NCBI GenBank assembly: GCA_001643675.2 | Contig: LSRY02000006.1 | Coordinates: 1,116,001-1,180,000, forward strand | Direction: 5' to 3' | DNA: 64,000 nucleotides | DNA from: Monocercomonoides exilis PA203 | Taxonomy: Eukaryota > Protista > Preaxostyla | Part shown: positions 25,301 to 38,722 of the stretch, in pieces | How positions within the stretch are numbered: position 1 is the first letter of the stretch | Layout: the number at the start of each line of letters is the position of its first letter | Notes under the pieces: model-generated | What the model saw: only the letters and a program-made list of their open reading frames with translations | Told to the model about the DNA's origin: nothing | Database searches by the model: none | Made by a program: the position numbers and the translations under genes

Positions 25301-28300
25301 AAATGTTGCATTTGGCTTTGGGTTCATAAAGATAAATGGAGGGAGCCTGCTTTTGAGCCGATTTTCCACATTGTCGCCGATTGCGTTTGGAACTGCTTCG
25401 CTGATCAGCCTGTCTGGATCTGGGATGCTAAACTGCGCAGGATGCACGATGAACAGCATCAAGAGGATGAGTGGGAGCGGAGGATGCATTTCGATTGGGA
25501 AGAAGAATGGGGTTGGAAGCAGCCAAAGCAGAAAGATAGCAATTGATGGATGCAGCTTCAGTGGCTGCTGTGCTTGTGGGGATGGAGGAGGGGAAGGAGG
25601 GGAAGGAGGAGGGATGAGTGCGTGGCTGGGAGGAAATGACGATCTGGTTGTGAATGGGTCGACTTGGTTTGAGGAATGCAGCGCGCAGAGTGAAGAAGGA
25701 TGGGGTGGAAAGGGGGGAGGGATAAGCATTCGCTGTGACGATGCTTCTTCTTGGTTTGGAATAATGAATGCAGTTGTATTTTCGAAGGTGAAGGAGAACA
25801 GGGCGGAATATGGGAAGGATGTGTTTGTTGGGTGCGAGAGTGGGATTTTGCTTTCGCAAATGATCAACACGACTTCTTTTGGGTTTTTTGATTCGTCGGA
25901 ATTGCCATCAGACGCTTTGGCTTTGAGCGGGAGCGAGAATGGAAGTGGCTCTGCGGTGATACCTCTGCATGTGTATCTTTGCAGTCTCCAGGCAGAAATA
26001 ATTGCAGACGGCGACATTGGGGCTGATCACACGCATTGTGGGTTTCCTTCTTTTGCTTGCATGACGATTGATTATTGCATTGAAAATCGGATAAGCAGCT
26101 GGTTGAACAGCATCAAGGTTGTCTCCGGGTCGGCAATAAAGCAGGAAATTGCGATCTCCTCTGCACCTGCGAATGTCTATTCTGAAGCGCTTGCGCCTGT
26201 CTCAGTTCAAGATGCAGGGGGAACAGCACAGGATGGGCTGGTGATGTGCCACTCTCCTGTTTTTCTCACAAATCTGTCGCTGAGTGTGCCGAGGCTGTTT
26301 GCAGCAGCAAGAAAAGCCTTTCTCTTCTCTTCGTTGTCGCTTTTCATTGCCAACTGTTGCCTGGAATATTCTTCAGAAAATGTGAACGAACCTGTTTCCT
26401 TTGCTGCTGTCTTTGTGGACAGGGGAGATGTGGTGATGAGTGGATTCAAAATGGAAGTGGGTGCAATGCTCGCGAATTCGCCAGTTTGGATCTGGAATTA
26501 CAATTCCATAAAGGTTGAGAACAGCAGCGTGAGTGGAACGAGGATGATAAATGGAGATGGAGGGTGCTTATTCATTAACGAGGCGAATGGGGATGGGAAA
26601 AGCATATGCATCCAAAGATGCAAGTTCAGTGGCATGTGTGAAGAAGGGAATGGAAACAGAGGCGGGGGGGTCATGGGGAAGGTTGGGAGCGGAAATGCGG
26701 TCAACATTAAAAGCACAAGTTTTGAGAATTGTGGTGTGCCTTCAGGAGATAGCGAAAATGGAGGGAAAGGATTGGGGGGTGGGATGTATCTTTTTTTGAA
26801 CGAAAGGGTCTGGAGCCTCGCCCTCGATAATGTCAGTTTCAGCGGCTGCAGTGCATGGAAAGGAAAGCAGCTGTTTGTTGATGGAGAAGACCTGAGGCAG
26901 ATTGCCGGCGATTGGCTGCAGTGCTTCAAAGCAGAAGCCATGTTGGCGGAAGACATGATGGGGTTTGAGAGAAGCACAGCAAATCGAGAATTCGAGATTC
27001 CGCTTGTGCTGTATTTCCGAGGATTTGTGGAGCCTTGCTTTATTGGGGGAGCAGAGGAGAACGGGCTTGACTACACAGGCTGCGGGTTTTCAGATTATCC
27101 GTGTGGGACGCTGGAGTATGGTGGCTTGATCCGATTTGGGGGTTTGAAGGCGGATTTGAGGCTCATGGAGCATTTCTGTTTTGCGAAGCCAATTGTTCTG
27201 AGGTCTCAAGAGATGGACATTGAAGCAGAGGCAAACGGAACGCTGATAAATGTGGTGTCTGATGGAACAGGAGAAGGCGAGGGACTCATCGAGACAAGCA
27301 ACGCTATCTCATTCAGTGGAATAACATTCAATGTTTCGACAACATTCGCAGCAGCCGAAAGAAAGTGTCTGCTTCTGTGCAGCGGCTCCGCCCTTTCGCT
27401 GGTTGATTGCTCGGTGAACGCGCAATCGAAGAAGATCGACTTTGGGTATGTGATTGTGAGAGGTGGTGCTCTCCATATTCTGAGGGGGGTGCTGAACGAA
27501 ATAGAACTGGTGGGAGCGCTTGTGGTTGAGATAAGCGGGGCAAGCAGCCGATGCACTCTAGAGGATGTGGAATGGAACAACCTGAAGACAGGGTCAATCG
27601 AAGGGCTTGTTTGTGCGAAGTCGAAGAGCCATGTTGAAATGAAAAACTCGAAAGTGTCAGGGCCGACACAGTTTGGGAATCAGGGGGTCTTGTTCGTTGA
27701 GGAATTGGCGAGCGCAATGGTTGAAAAGAGCAACTTCACACTTTTGACGAGAAAGGAAGGAAACGGAGGGGTAATTCAGGGAAGTGCTGGAGCCGGGAAG
27801 AGCTTGAGTGTGAGTTTTTGCTGGTTCACTTTTATCAGCTGCCTGGGGAGTGGGTCGAAAGGAGGAAGCGTCGTTGCAACTGTGTCAGCCGATGGGGAGC
27901 TGCTGTTCAACAACAACACAGTTGAAGAGAGCAAAGTGAAGAAAGCAGACGGGCTGGGGGAGGGCTGCACATGGAGTTTTTGAGCAGCGAGGTTGGATAC
28001 TCGATGAAAAACAACAAATTCCTGAGCAACGATGCGATGCTGGGATACGATGTGTATCTTGTGTGCCCGCGCCGCGGATGATGATTGACAGAAATAAATG
28101 GGCAGGGTCGGCCACAGAAGGCCAGGAGGAGAAAACGATGTGGGTGATTGATCCAACATTTCCGGATGGAACAGACACGCTTCTGAAGTATCTGTTTCCG
28201 AGAGCAGAGGAAATAATATATGTGAACACGGTCAATGGGCACACAGACGGGTGCGGCACTGACGATTATCCTTGCGAGGAGCTTTGGTATGCTTCGGGGA

Positions 28301-31300
28301 AAATGACCGAGGAGAAGCGCATTCTACAGATTATTTCTTCTTGTGAATTGCGGGGAGCGATCGAGAGGGGAAATGAGCCGACGACGATTGAAGGGAAAGG
28401 GGAGGATGGAAGCCGGCTGATTGTGGGGAAAGAGGGGCACTTGAAGATGGCGGTTGGCGCTGCACTCACGACACTGACGATTTCGAAGATTGGATTTGAG
28501 CTGCCGGGAATATCAGAGTTTGGGGAACTGGTGGAAGTCAGTGTGGGGACAACGTATTTTGTGGAGTGCACATTCGGGAGCGGCGATCCGGAAGCATGTG
28601 CAGAGACAAGCATGCGGATAATAACAGGGAGAGGCGGAAAGCTCTCATTTGATGGAGTGGTTATAAAGAACATGGTTTTTAATTCTGATTGCGGAATCTT
28701 TTTGAGCGGCGAGGTTGGGTGCAGTTTTGACTGTGTGGAAGCGAGCAACATCCGATCAAGCGGAAAAGGAATGGTTGTTGGAGAAGGCGGAATGGAGGTT
28801 TTGGTGAATGAATTGAGAAGCACAAAGTGCTCATTTGGGGATGGCAGCTTTGCTGTGCTGAAGAAAGTGAAGAGGCTGAAGTGGAAGAATGGGACGAGCA
28901 TGATGGGTTGCAGGAATGAAGGAGGGGACGGTGGGTGCGGGGTTATTTCAGTTGAAGGAGAAAGCGATGTTGAGATGAACGGGACAAGCATCAGGTTGTG
29001 CTCAGCAAGCGAGGATCGCGGAAGAGGAGGCGGGCTGTATCTGGAGATTTCAGAGAATCCTCTGGTGAATATGAAACTGACAGACATAACGTTTGCAGAT
29101 AATTTAGCAGTTGAGGGAAAGACATGTTTGTTTTGAGCACAGATGTGAATGCATCTGTTGTGAGAGAAAGGTTTGCATTTCAGCTTCAGAACGAGAGAAA
29201 CGAAAGCGTTGCTGATCTGAAAGGCACAGATGATGTTTTGTTGAGTGGATCAGTTATTGATCTCCTGGTGTTCTTGGTTCAAAGGAAGGAGAGTTCGATT
29301 CTTGTATCAAGGGGCGGAATGGACATTCTTGGGTGTGGAAGCGCGGAATTCCCTTGCCTGTCGTTCTGGAGAGGATATGAAAACATCGACTTAGATGCGC
29401 AGAATCGAGCGATACGAATTGACACAAGAGCAAATATCAAAAATCATTATGACCTCTCATCGTTCGAAGTTGTATCGAGCAAGGTAGATGAGAAGTGTGT
29501 GATGCTGTTTGAAAATGGCATGGAAGCAAGCGAAGAGAAAAAACCGATTATTCAGAACTCGAAAGAATTGAAGTTGGAATTGGTTCAGCTTTCGCTTCCA
29601 TCCTCTTTCTCAAACAACGAAGGCGTCCTTCTCCACTCTTCATCGGCCAATTCTTTCCTTTCGCTCAATGGATGCACCTTCAACCAAAACAGTGGATCAG
29701 ACTTGGAGTTCTGCATTATTCGTTCTGAAGGAGGCGATGTTCAATTGCTGGATTGCGATTTCTGTTCGCTGTCTTTCTTATCAACTCCTGTTCAGCTGAA
29801 TTCTTCGTGTGAAATAATCGGATGCAATTTTTCATCGATATCTGCAAGGCCAAGCGAGAAAGGGGGAGCAGTTTATGCGGAGCTGGTGGGTGAAGCGACG
29901 TTTTCGATGGGGCAAACAGAAACAGTTGGGTGCGGCTGCTCTGAAGAATGTGGAAGAGGCGGGTTTATTTTTGTTGAATGCCAAGGTGCGTCAACAGACA
30001 ATCCTTTTGTTTTTGGCGAAGGCATTTCTTTTGCTGGACACAAGGCGCGGGCAGGGAAAAACATATTCATCTCTGCGGGGGATCTGAACAAAAGTGTGAC
30101 GCTATCGTCATTCTGTTTTGACTTCACGAAAGGGAGAGAAGACGAGCTGCTGTTTTGTGGAAGGGATTTGGTCTGGGAAGACACGGGGTTGCTCCGTTTC
30201 TTGGAGACATACGTGAGCCAAACAATATTTGTGAGTTCAGGTGGATACGATATTATGAGGTGCGGAAGCGAAGAGGATCCGTGCAGGAGCATGTGGAAAG
30301 GGATGAGGCAGATAGAGCGAGATGCTCCGCAGACGTGGATAAAAATAGTCGATGAGACGATTGTGCAGGATTCGTTTGTGCTCTCAAACTTTATTATTGA
30401 GCGTGAAGAGACAGAGGAGGAAAATCGAGGAAAGCTGATATTTGCAAACAAGACAGCCGATGGAACCGACCCAGGGATACGCAGCGAGGATGCTTTGCAG
30501 CTGAACAGGATTTCTGTTGTGCTGTCTAAAGGATTTTGGAACGAGCAGCTGTTTTCGATTGTTGGGAAAAGTGGGGTGATTGGGATGAGCGATTGTTCAT
30601 TTGCGACAGAGGCAGGCGGAGACTTTCCAGCGAAGGTTGGGCTTTTGCTGATGGAAAGCGGAGTGTTGAATGTTACGAAGCTGGCGGTTGAGAATGTGAT
30701 GTCGGAGGTGGGTGTGTTTGCAATCAGCAAGAGATGCGATTGCGTGATGCAGCAAGTTGTGGCTTCGGGGTGCACATTTTGTGATGAAAGCTTTGTGAAA
30801 ATAGTTCCAAGTGGAAATGGAATGGAGAATGCAGCTGAATGCGCTGTTGCAATCAAAGACTCGACTTTCCAGCTGATCACTCGGAATGGCAACGGGCCTG
30901 CGATTATCAGTTCGTCTGGGTGTGCCGCTGCTCTATCAATCAGCGGGTGCACATTTGATTCGTGCAAGGCAGTTGAATCGGAGAAGGGTGGCGGTGTTTT
31001 TGAGGAGCTTCATAGTGAAGGAGCTCTGTGGATGAGCAAGTCGTCGGTGATTCAGTGTGGATGCAGCAACGACAACGGAAAAGGAGGAGGGATTTACATA
31101 TATGCCAATTTTGAGGGAGCACTCTCGTTTCTGTTTGAGAAGATGACATTCAAAGGAAACAGCGCGAAAGTGGGGAATGACGTCTTTGTTGAGTGTGTTG
31201 ACATCGAGAACCAGATCAACGAAACGCAGTTTTGTTTTGATTTGCGAGAAACGGCATACGCGCGGTTGAATGCCATCTACGGGATGGACACAAGGAACCA

Positions 31301-34298
31301 CAAAAGCGACACGAATCTGATGGACTTTGTCACGATCCACCAGGCGGACACAATCATCCTGTCATCGGATCCATCGAAGAACGGGAAGAACGATAGGCAG
31401 TGCGGAACGCTGAAGCTTCCGTGCGTGACGCTGGGCTATGCGCTGAGCCATTTGACGAACGATGTCGATAGCAGGCTTCTGGTGGATGGGGAATCTTGTG
31501 TTGAGAAAGAAATAAATCTGGAAGATCTTTCAGTGGCGTCTCGGAAGGAGGATGTTTCGAAAGTGGCGGTATTCGGTGATATTGCGCACACAAGAGCGAG
31601 CGTGATGGTAACCACAGGCAGTGTCTCTGTCTCGAAGATTGAATTTTTCTTTGATTCAGATTTTTCTTCAGCTCACCGCGTTCTGCTCACAGCAGAGTCT
31701 GGAAGCCTATCATTGTTTTTGTGCAGTTTTGCTCAATCGCAGGAAGAAAGAAGTGCTCAAACGATTGGACTGACGCTCGTCTCAATCGAAAATGGGCAAG
31801 TGACTGCTTCACAGATAAAAATATCTCACATGCACTTTTCTGCCGAAGCTTCAGTTCGAATCGCTCGTTTGAGTGGTTGCGTGTTGCTCTCTGAAATGAA
31901 AGTGGAAGATGTTGTTCTGAATGGAGGCACTTTCATTTTGGTTGAAGGAGCACATCCGTTTTCTGAACAGCAGAAAATAGGAGGAGAAAAGACCGTTGAG
32001 CTAAAAGATGTGTCATTTGACAATGTTTTATCAACACAGCAGGAGAAAGGGGTCATCGCTTGCTCGTTGTTCAAAGGAGGGATTTATTTGGCGAATTGCA
32101 CTTGTTCCAATGCTTCTTCGAAGTGTGTAACAGGAAGCGTGATGAGTTTTTGCGATTGCAGCAACGTGACATTGCATTGGAACGTGCTTCGAGGTGACCT
32201 GGAGCATTCAGAAAAAAGTGAAAACAGCAAAGAGGCGGACATTTGCCAATGGACATCTTCAGCTGTTTCTTTTGTCAGCAGCACAGCGACAATGAAAGAT
32301 ACCACGATTGCAAACAACTCTATAGGAGGAATGAGCATGTTTGGAGGAAGCATGATGATTGAAAAAAGCGAATTCATAAACAACAATCCGAAGATCGGAA
32401 ATTATCAATCAGTTCGGAGAAATATCGTTTGTGCAGGCTCTGGGTTGTTGAACGTTGCAAGTGTGAAAGGAGGAGACGGAGCGAAGGAGGGCTCATCGCT
32501 GTGGTTCCTAAACGAAGGGTGCACGCTGGGCGGGATAGCAGAAGAAAGAGAATCAGCGTTTTTCATTCCGGAACTTAAAAGTGTGAAGGGGGAAGATGAT
32601 GGAAGTGTGACGAGGCTGAAGTTCGTTGGGCTGCTTCTTGTTCCTTGCAATCTATCGTTTCGGGTGGTGAAGAGGGTTGGATCGGAGGCGTTGGTGGAGA
32701 GATACTCATTTGAAGAGGGAGGGTTTGTGTCGGAGGCAGAAGTATTAGGGGAAGTGCCTTCAAAGACGATTTGTGAGGCAGGAGAGGAGACAGAAGTGTC
32801 GTTGTGCATTCTGTATGGAAATGCGGAGACACCTTCGCCAACAAAGGAATTCATTTTGAAGAACGGAAGCAATCCGAAAGCAAATGGAGAAGAAAAGCTT
32901 GTTGAAGGTGGAAAAGAAGGAAAATCATCATGGGCGCTTATTGTGATTGTGATATTTGCTGTGTTATTCGTTATTGCTATGATTGGTTTTATTTTGTTTG
33001 TTATCCGCTGGAGAAAGCAAAAGAGAAGAACGGAAGAATTGGAGATAATTGTGGAAGACACAGTGAAGAAGGATCCGAAGGCGTTTGAGATGGTGACGAT
33101 GGAGATGTCGCCTGAGGAGCAATGGAGGAGAGCAGAGAGGGAGGCAGAGAAGAAGAACGAGGAGAGAATAAAGAAGAGGGTGTATGAGAAAAGCTTGGGA
33201 CACTCAGAGTCATCAGAGCATTTGCTGAGTGAATGTGAATCGACTGAATACATTCTTGGAAGAGATTCAGACAAAATTCCTGAATGGATGCTGGAGAAAG
33301 CAGACGATGATGAAAAAGAGAAAGAGGAGAAAAGGAAGCAAACACCATCGCCATCCATCTCATCCACTTCAACGACAGATACGTCAGACACAGAATCCAC
33401 TTTTGTTCGGAGAGAGGACTTGTGCCCAACCACTTCATCGATGTCGAACTTGGTGGATGCAATGGCCTGCTCCTCGCCTCATGAGAAGCTGATTGTGGAT
33501 CTGAGGGATTCGCTGTTCATGTTACTTCATGGGAGGAACGAGAAGAAAGAGATGGCGATTGGCTCTTTGGAGGAGAGGGAGCTGACAGCAGCCCAGATCC
33601 TGTTCTGGGTGGCTAATCTTGCGCTCCATTCTTTCGACGAAACGGAAATTCCGCTTCAGTCGCTGAGCAGTCTGAGTCCGCACATTGTGCTGTTCTCAGA
33701 GCACATGGTGATCTGCATTGTGATGCACTCTGATTTCCTTTCATCTGATGATTCAGACTCATCGTCGATCTCCTCGTCGACTGTTGTGACATCTGCAAGC
33801 GATGATGACAGTGACTCTCTGCCCTCATCAGCGTTTGAGGATGACTCGGATTTCAAGAAAGAGTGTCTGAGGTGGATGGCGCCGGAGCTGTTGAATGGAG
33901 CGAAGAAGCATGGGACGAAGAAGACAGTGGTGTTCTCGATTGGGATGATGCTGTGGGAGTGCCTGACGCTGGAGATCCCGTTTGGAGAGTATGAGGCAGT
34001 GATTGCTGGGGATAAGATTGTGAAAGGAGAAAGGCCAAGCATGGCGAAGATTGAAGGAACGTCAATGGAAAAAGTTGTGGAATGTTGTCTGCTGGGAGAA
34101 CGTGAAAAGCGGCCAGGCTTGAATGATGTCAAGCGGGAGTTCATATCGCACCAACCAAAAAGGTTTCTTCAAATGACGAGGTCAGATGCAGTTTGCGTTT
34201 CGAGCGAGATTGTCTTTATTTATCATTCAGATGAAGACAACATCAAAAGGGCCGCCGACACGAAGGCGAAATCAAAAGCATCCGAGTCATTCGTGTGA
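22323..34298 (+). CDS. Giant (~3,990 aa) type-I membrane protein: signal peptide, repeated Cys-rich/beta-helix modules, TM helix, C-terminal degenerate kinase domain (left copy; 3 apparent 1-nt frameshifts)
   Basis: Signal MKILFLLFLSFFVGRAQC; eight CG-x5-(P/A)C modules with GGG/GGA-x-hydrophobic repeats; TM WALIVIVIFAVLFVIAMIGFILFVI-RWRK; kinase C-lobe RWMAPELL, VFSIGMMLWECLTLEIPF and ERP. Frameshifts at ~27960, ~28066 and ~29115 are intact in the right copy. Confidence 0.85.
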
Positions 34299-35165
34299 AA
34301 CGATTCAATTAAATAGAAGTTATGAATAAAGAAGCTGTCGTGGCTTTGTTTGCGTGTTGATCAGATATTTGCGTGTCTTTCTTGAAAACAATGTGAGGTT
34401 GATATGTATTTTAAAAGCTCTTTGTGTTCAAGTGAATATCATAGAATTTTTTGTTCTTATAACAAGCGATGCTTGACCTGAAGCGATTATCATTCTGTGG
34501 CACAAACTTGCATATTTAGAAGTTTCTAAATATATATGTGGTGTTTATATGCAGCAGCAGCAGAAACAACAATATGTATATGTATATTATCCTCTTTTCT
34601 TAATTTTCAGCTCTTTATTTGACACTCAAATTCCGATTAACGTGTTTAATCACATTTCACTCTATTTTTTGCAAATATGAAATACAACATCAAATGTTTT
34701 GGGCATTTCTTCAATCCATATTCAAAGCAAAATTTAGAACACAGCCATAAGCCGATGCTAAACAAGAATTGTTCAAAAATGAAATTATTTGCATCGAACA
34801 AGTTGCGAAAGTTGTGTTCAAGTCAGATTATTTTCCAATCAAGATTCATTGCCAAAACTGAAATTTCGTTGTGATCGAACAAATTAACTGAATATCTGAG
34901 GCGCATGCCAGATGAAGGGCCTATTTTTGCAACTGCTGCAATGTGAAGAAGTTAATTACTTTTGAACTGCAATGCGAAATTTTTGAAGTGTTACAAACGA
35001 TAACTAAAATTGATTTATTCAACATGTTGGTGTATTTCTTTGAGTTCTTTCAAAAATTTCAGAATCATTTATTTTCTCATAAAAAAAAATTATAATTAAA
35101 ATTAAAATTACAATAAAAAATAAAATAAAATAAAATTGAATGAAAAATTAGAAAATATATATGTA

Positions 35166-35210
35166 CAGTCAGTGCCAAACACGATCCATGGTGCGAAACC
35201 CGGCCCATTA
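35166..35210 (+). repeat. Terminal inverted repeat of pogo-like transposon (3' end), mirrored at ~46092-46136
   Basis: TA|CAGTCAGTGCCAAACACGATCCATGGTGCGAAACCCGGCCCA: CAGT terminus after TA, with two ~19-bp imperfect tandem repeats. Confidence 0.7.
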
Positions 35211-35562
35211 CAAAAGTATTTAAAATGACTAACTCTTTGTAATTCTTTCAATTCCATAAGTGATAATGAATAATTTCAACTATTCGAAATCACAGGACCA
35301 TTTTATGACGCGTGGACAGTTTCATGATAGCTTTTGAAAAAAATGAAACAAAGAATTTATCTTTTTGCATTTTATTGAATATTATAGAAATAGTAGATAT
35401 GAAACAATAAAAACGATAATCAAGTTTCGATAATGCTCGCAAAGAGTGTTTTGCTTTCAAAGATCACATTTTTCCATTGTATTTATTGAAGTACTCTTCT
35501 CTTATGCGTCTTTCTTTCGAATCAAATGAAGGAGAAATTTCTCTGGGAGGGTGAACAAAATA

Positions 35563-37408
35563 TTATATTTCGTCACAAGAAGTTGATTTCACTTCTTTTT
35601 CATTGACTTTGACCATTTCAATCATTCTCTTTGCTTTTTTTCTCGAAAACTTTTTTTCCTTTGCTGGTTCTTTATTCAACATTTCATTAAGTTCTTGTCG
35701 ACTATGTTTATTCTCACGTTTCTTTTCAGAAGATGAAGTTGGTTTTCCAATTTTCGCAAGCTGCTTTTGAAGAAAATGGAAATGCTCTTTTGTTGATTCA
35801 ATTTGTTTCATTAGCTCTGATTCATCCATCTCATTTGCTCCTTCTGTTGGCTTTTCGTCGGTTGTATTTTCGTCGGTTGAATATTTTCTGTGATTAACGA
35901 TCAACTTTGTAGGTTCTTTTGATATTTCAGAATCTTTTAGAGATGAATATTTTGAAGGTTGTGAAGAAGGTAATTGTTTGTCGCTTTGAGGAGAATAATT
36001 CCAAAACAACTCTTCTCTTCAATCTCGCGATGAAACAGAAGTTTCAGAATTGCCTTTATGATTTTGTATTGGGGATCCAGATATGCGATCCAAAACTGGG
36101 GCTGCAGCAACAGACCAAACTCCGCTTTTAATGAAAGCTGATTTGATTGTGGAAGGCATTGTTGCTGCAGCAATTGCTTCAGGGAGAGTGTCAGCAAGTG
36201 ATGCTTTGTTTGAATGAATTGAAAACGGAGAAGGAATTTGAAATTTGTTATAAAGTGTAGTTTTCAAACGAGATAAGATGCATGAATCACATGGTTGTTA
36301 AAGATGAGTCATGTTGTGAGGAAAGAATTTAATAATTATGTTGTGTTCCTCAGCAGATCTTGAAACAGAATCATCCGTATGAGTAATATGATTATCCATC
36401 AAAAACAGGGCTTTATGTGTAGTGGATGGTTTAACTTTGGACACGATCCATGAAATCCTGCTATTGATCATGACACTTCTAAAAATCTCTTTAGTCATCC
36501 ATCCCGATGAGGAAGGAAGAACTTCAATATCGAAAGATGAAAGTGAAGAAAATTCTTTGGGTAAACATTTTGTTGGCCAAAGAAGAAATTTTCTTGGAGA
36601 GGATCCATCTGCACATACACATAAGCACAACGTTGAATTTGGCACTTTCGGAGGAGCTGGAGAAGATGGAGGAATTTGATTTTTCAGGCAAGCAATCAGT
36701 TTACTTGGACTTTTATTCAAATTCAATGAGGTTTCATCAAAATTAAATATTTTTGAAGAATCAATGTGATTTTCGTTAATCACATTTGACAATTCTTCAA
36801 ACCATTGTCTGACATTCTCTGGTGATTGAGCAGCAATTTTTGACATGTCTGTTGGCTTGAAATTGCAGCATGAATAAACTCACTCCTTTTTAACAACTTG
36901 TATGCACATTTTTCGTTTATTTTTCTTGGCTCGTTTTCATCTGTTGAATCCTTTTCGAAAATATCCACGCACTCATAAAAATGTGTATTTAAAAAAATGA
37001 AAAGTCAAAAACAAATAAAACCATGTTTTGAACGTCATGCACTCGAACAGTTTCCTGTTCTGACAACTTCACAAGAACTTGATTTTCTATTATTTCGAGC
37101 TGTGGCGAATTAATTGTTAAAGGATGCCCATCAACTCCAATATCCCTTCCTTCCTTTTGCGCTTTGATTCCCCTGAGCCAAGCTCCTTTGGATTTAAGTT
37201 TTTCATTCACGGCAGTTTGCCATTTCAGTGAATAATCATTTCGAATTGCAAATATTTTTTTCGTTGTTGAAGGAATGGAACGATATTTGCTGGATGCAAG
37301 TTCGCGATGAAGTTGAAGAGGAGAGAGATATGTTTTGTTGCTCAAGTTAAATGGGTCATGATCAAATTGAAAATCCCGATAACTGTTTTTCGTTACAACT
37401 TTTTGCAT
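35563..37408 (-). pseudogene. Decayed pogo/Fot1-like DDE transposase (left copy)
   Basis: KIFNFDET, LCVCADG, SSGWMT, LFLMDNH and FFPHNMTHL*QPCD are DDE_1 motifs. In-frame TAA and TGA plus a frameshift. Confidence 0.85.
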
Positions 37409-37591
37409 TACTTGATATATATCATCGTTTTTTGTGTCAATTTCTTTCTATAACTCAAACATGATATCATTTTTTGGCATAAGTGTAAAAAAAAATACCT
37501 CCTTCAGTTTAGCAATTTTTTCATTTCAACAAAATAGAAATAAATAACATAAAAATTCAACACTTTTGGGTGGAGCAGTTTTTTGATATAT

Positions 37592-37847
37592 GGGTGATTA
37601 TTTTTGAAATCATATCTTTTTTCGGGGTGTTAATTTTCAAAAATTGAAAGTTTTTCGAAAGAAAATTTTAATCCAAAAGAGAAGAAGCACGATAATTGTT
37701 TTTAAAAACAAATGTTTTCACCTAATGAAAGATTAAAATGCATCCAATATGCCTTTTCACTTTTCAACGTTCATATAAAAATATTCAAGATAAGTTTTTG
37801 AACCGAAAATTATGTATGAAAAAATTTGATTTCAAAAATAATCACCC
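37592..37847. mobile_element. 256-bp MITE with GGGTGATTATTTTTGAAATCA TIRs and ATAT target duplication
   Basis: ATAT|GGGTGATTATTTTTGAAATCA ... TGATTTCAAAAATAATCACCC|ATAT. Confidence 0.85.
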
Positions 37848-38460
37848 ATATCTTCAAAAATTTCTTTGACAAAAAATAATTATGATCAAAACCATAATTA
37901 AATCTTTATTTATATCTTTTTCGTTAAAAACTTTAATTCCTGCGAATTGAAAGTTTATCTTTGAATTTAATAACACAACACTAATAATATCACAAGTTAA
38001 TTTGAATCTACATGATTCTTATCAGAGATATGGTATATCAGCTATAGATTCATCTCGATTAGGTAGATAAATATTATCGATTTATGTGAATCTGGTGGTT
38101 GTTATCATCTTGTGTAATAAGTTGGAATAGGCAATGATAATAAGATAGAGATTGATGATTATTGCTGATACTCTTAGGGGTTTATCATGATTAGATTTTC
38201 AGTGATGTTCTATAAAGATGGAGTCATTGATAGGTGTAATCGAGATATATCTATAGCTGATATACTATATCTCCAAGAGGAAGAATTAGCTAAAAGATTA
38301 ACTGGAAGTGTTCAAGTTGGTGAATCAATGGTGAAATTGTGTGAAAATTGGTGTTATCGTCGATGAATAACATGAGTTGAACATGAGTTGAACCTGTTGA
38401 TGTGATCGTTTGTGAAATCGCAAATAAAAATAACTGATTTTGTTTTTTGTTTTATAGTAA

Positions 38461-38715
38461 ATGGGTCGGAAGAAGATATACGCAACTGTGGAAGAAGCGA
38501 AAGCGGCTCAACAAAAACAAATAAAACTGTTTCAGGAAAAACGAAAGGAAGAAACTAAGTATTACAACGAACATGTATCTGAAAAACAGAAGAAGTTGAT
38601 TAAGATATTGAGGAGAAAGCTTATCGAAAGTGATGAGTTGTTAGATGAGTTGATGGAAAAAGTTAATGGGTGTTTGCCTGCACAGGGTGGACAGGTTAAG
38701 CTGGTCAGGAAATAA
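38461..38715 (+). CDS. Small basic/helical protein (84 aa, MGRKKIYATVEEAKAAQ...), probably element-encoded
   Basis: Intact ATG-TAA ORF after an AT-rich leader, with a protein-like K/E composition and a GRKK N-terminus. Confidence 0.6.
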   Translation: MGRKKIYATVEEAKAAQQKQIKLFQEKRKEETKYYNEHVSEKQKKLIKILRRKLIESDELLDELMEKVNGCLPAQGGQVKLVRK

Positions 38716-38722
38716 GTGTGTT

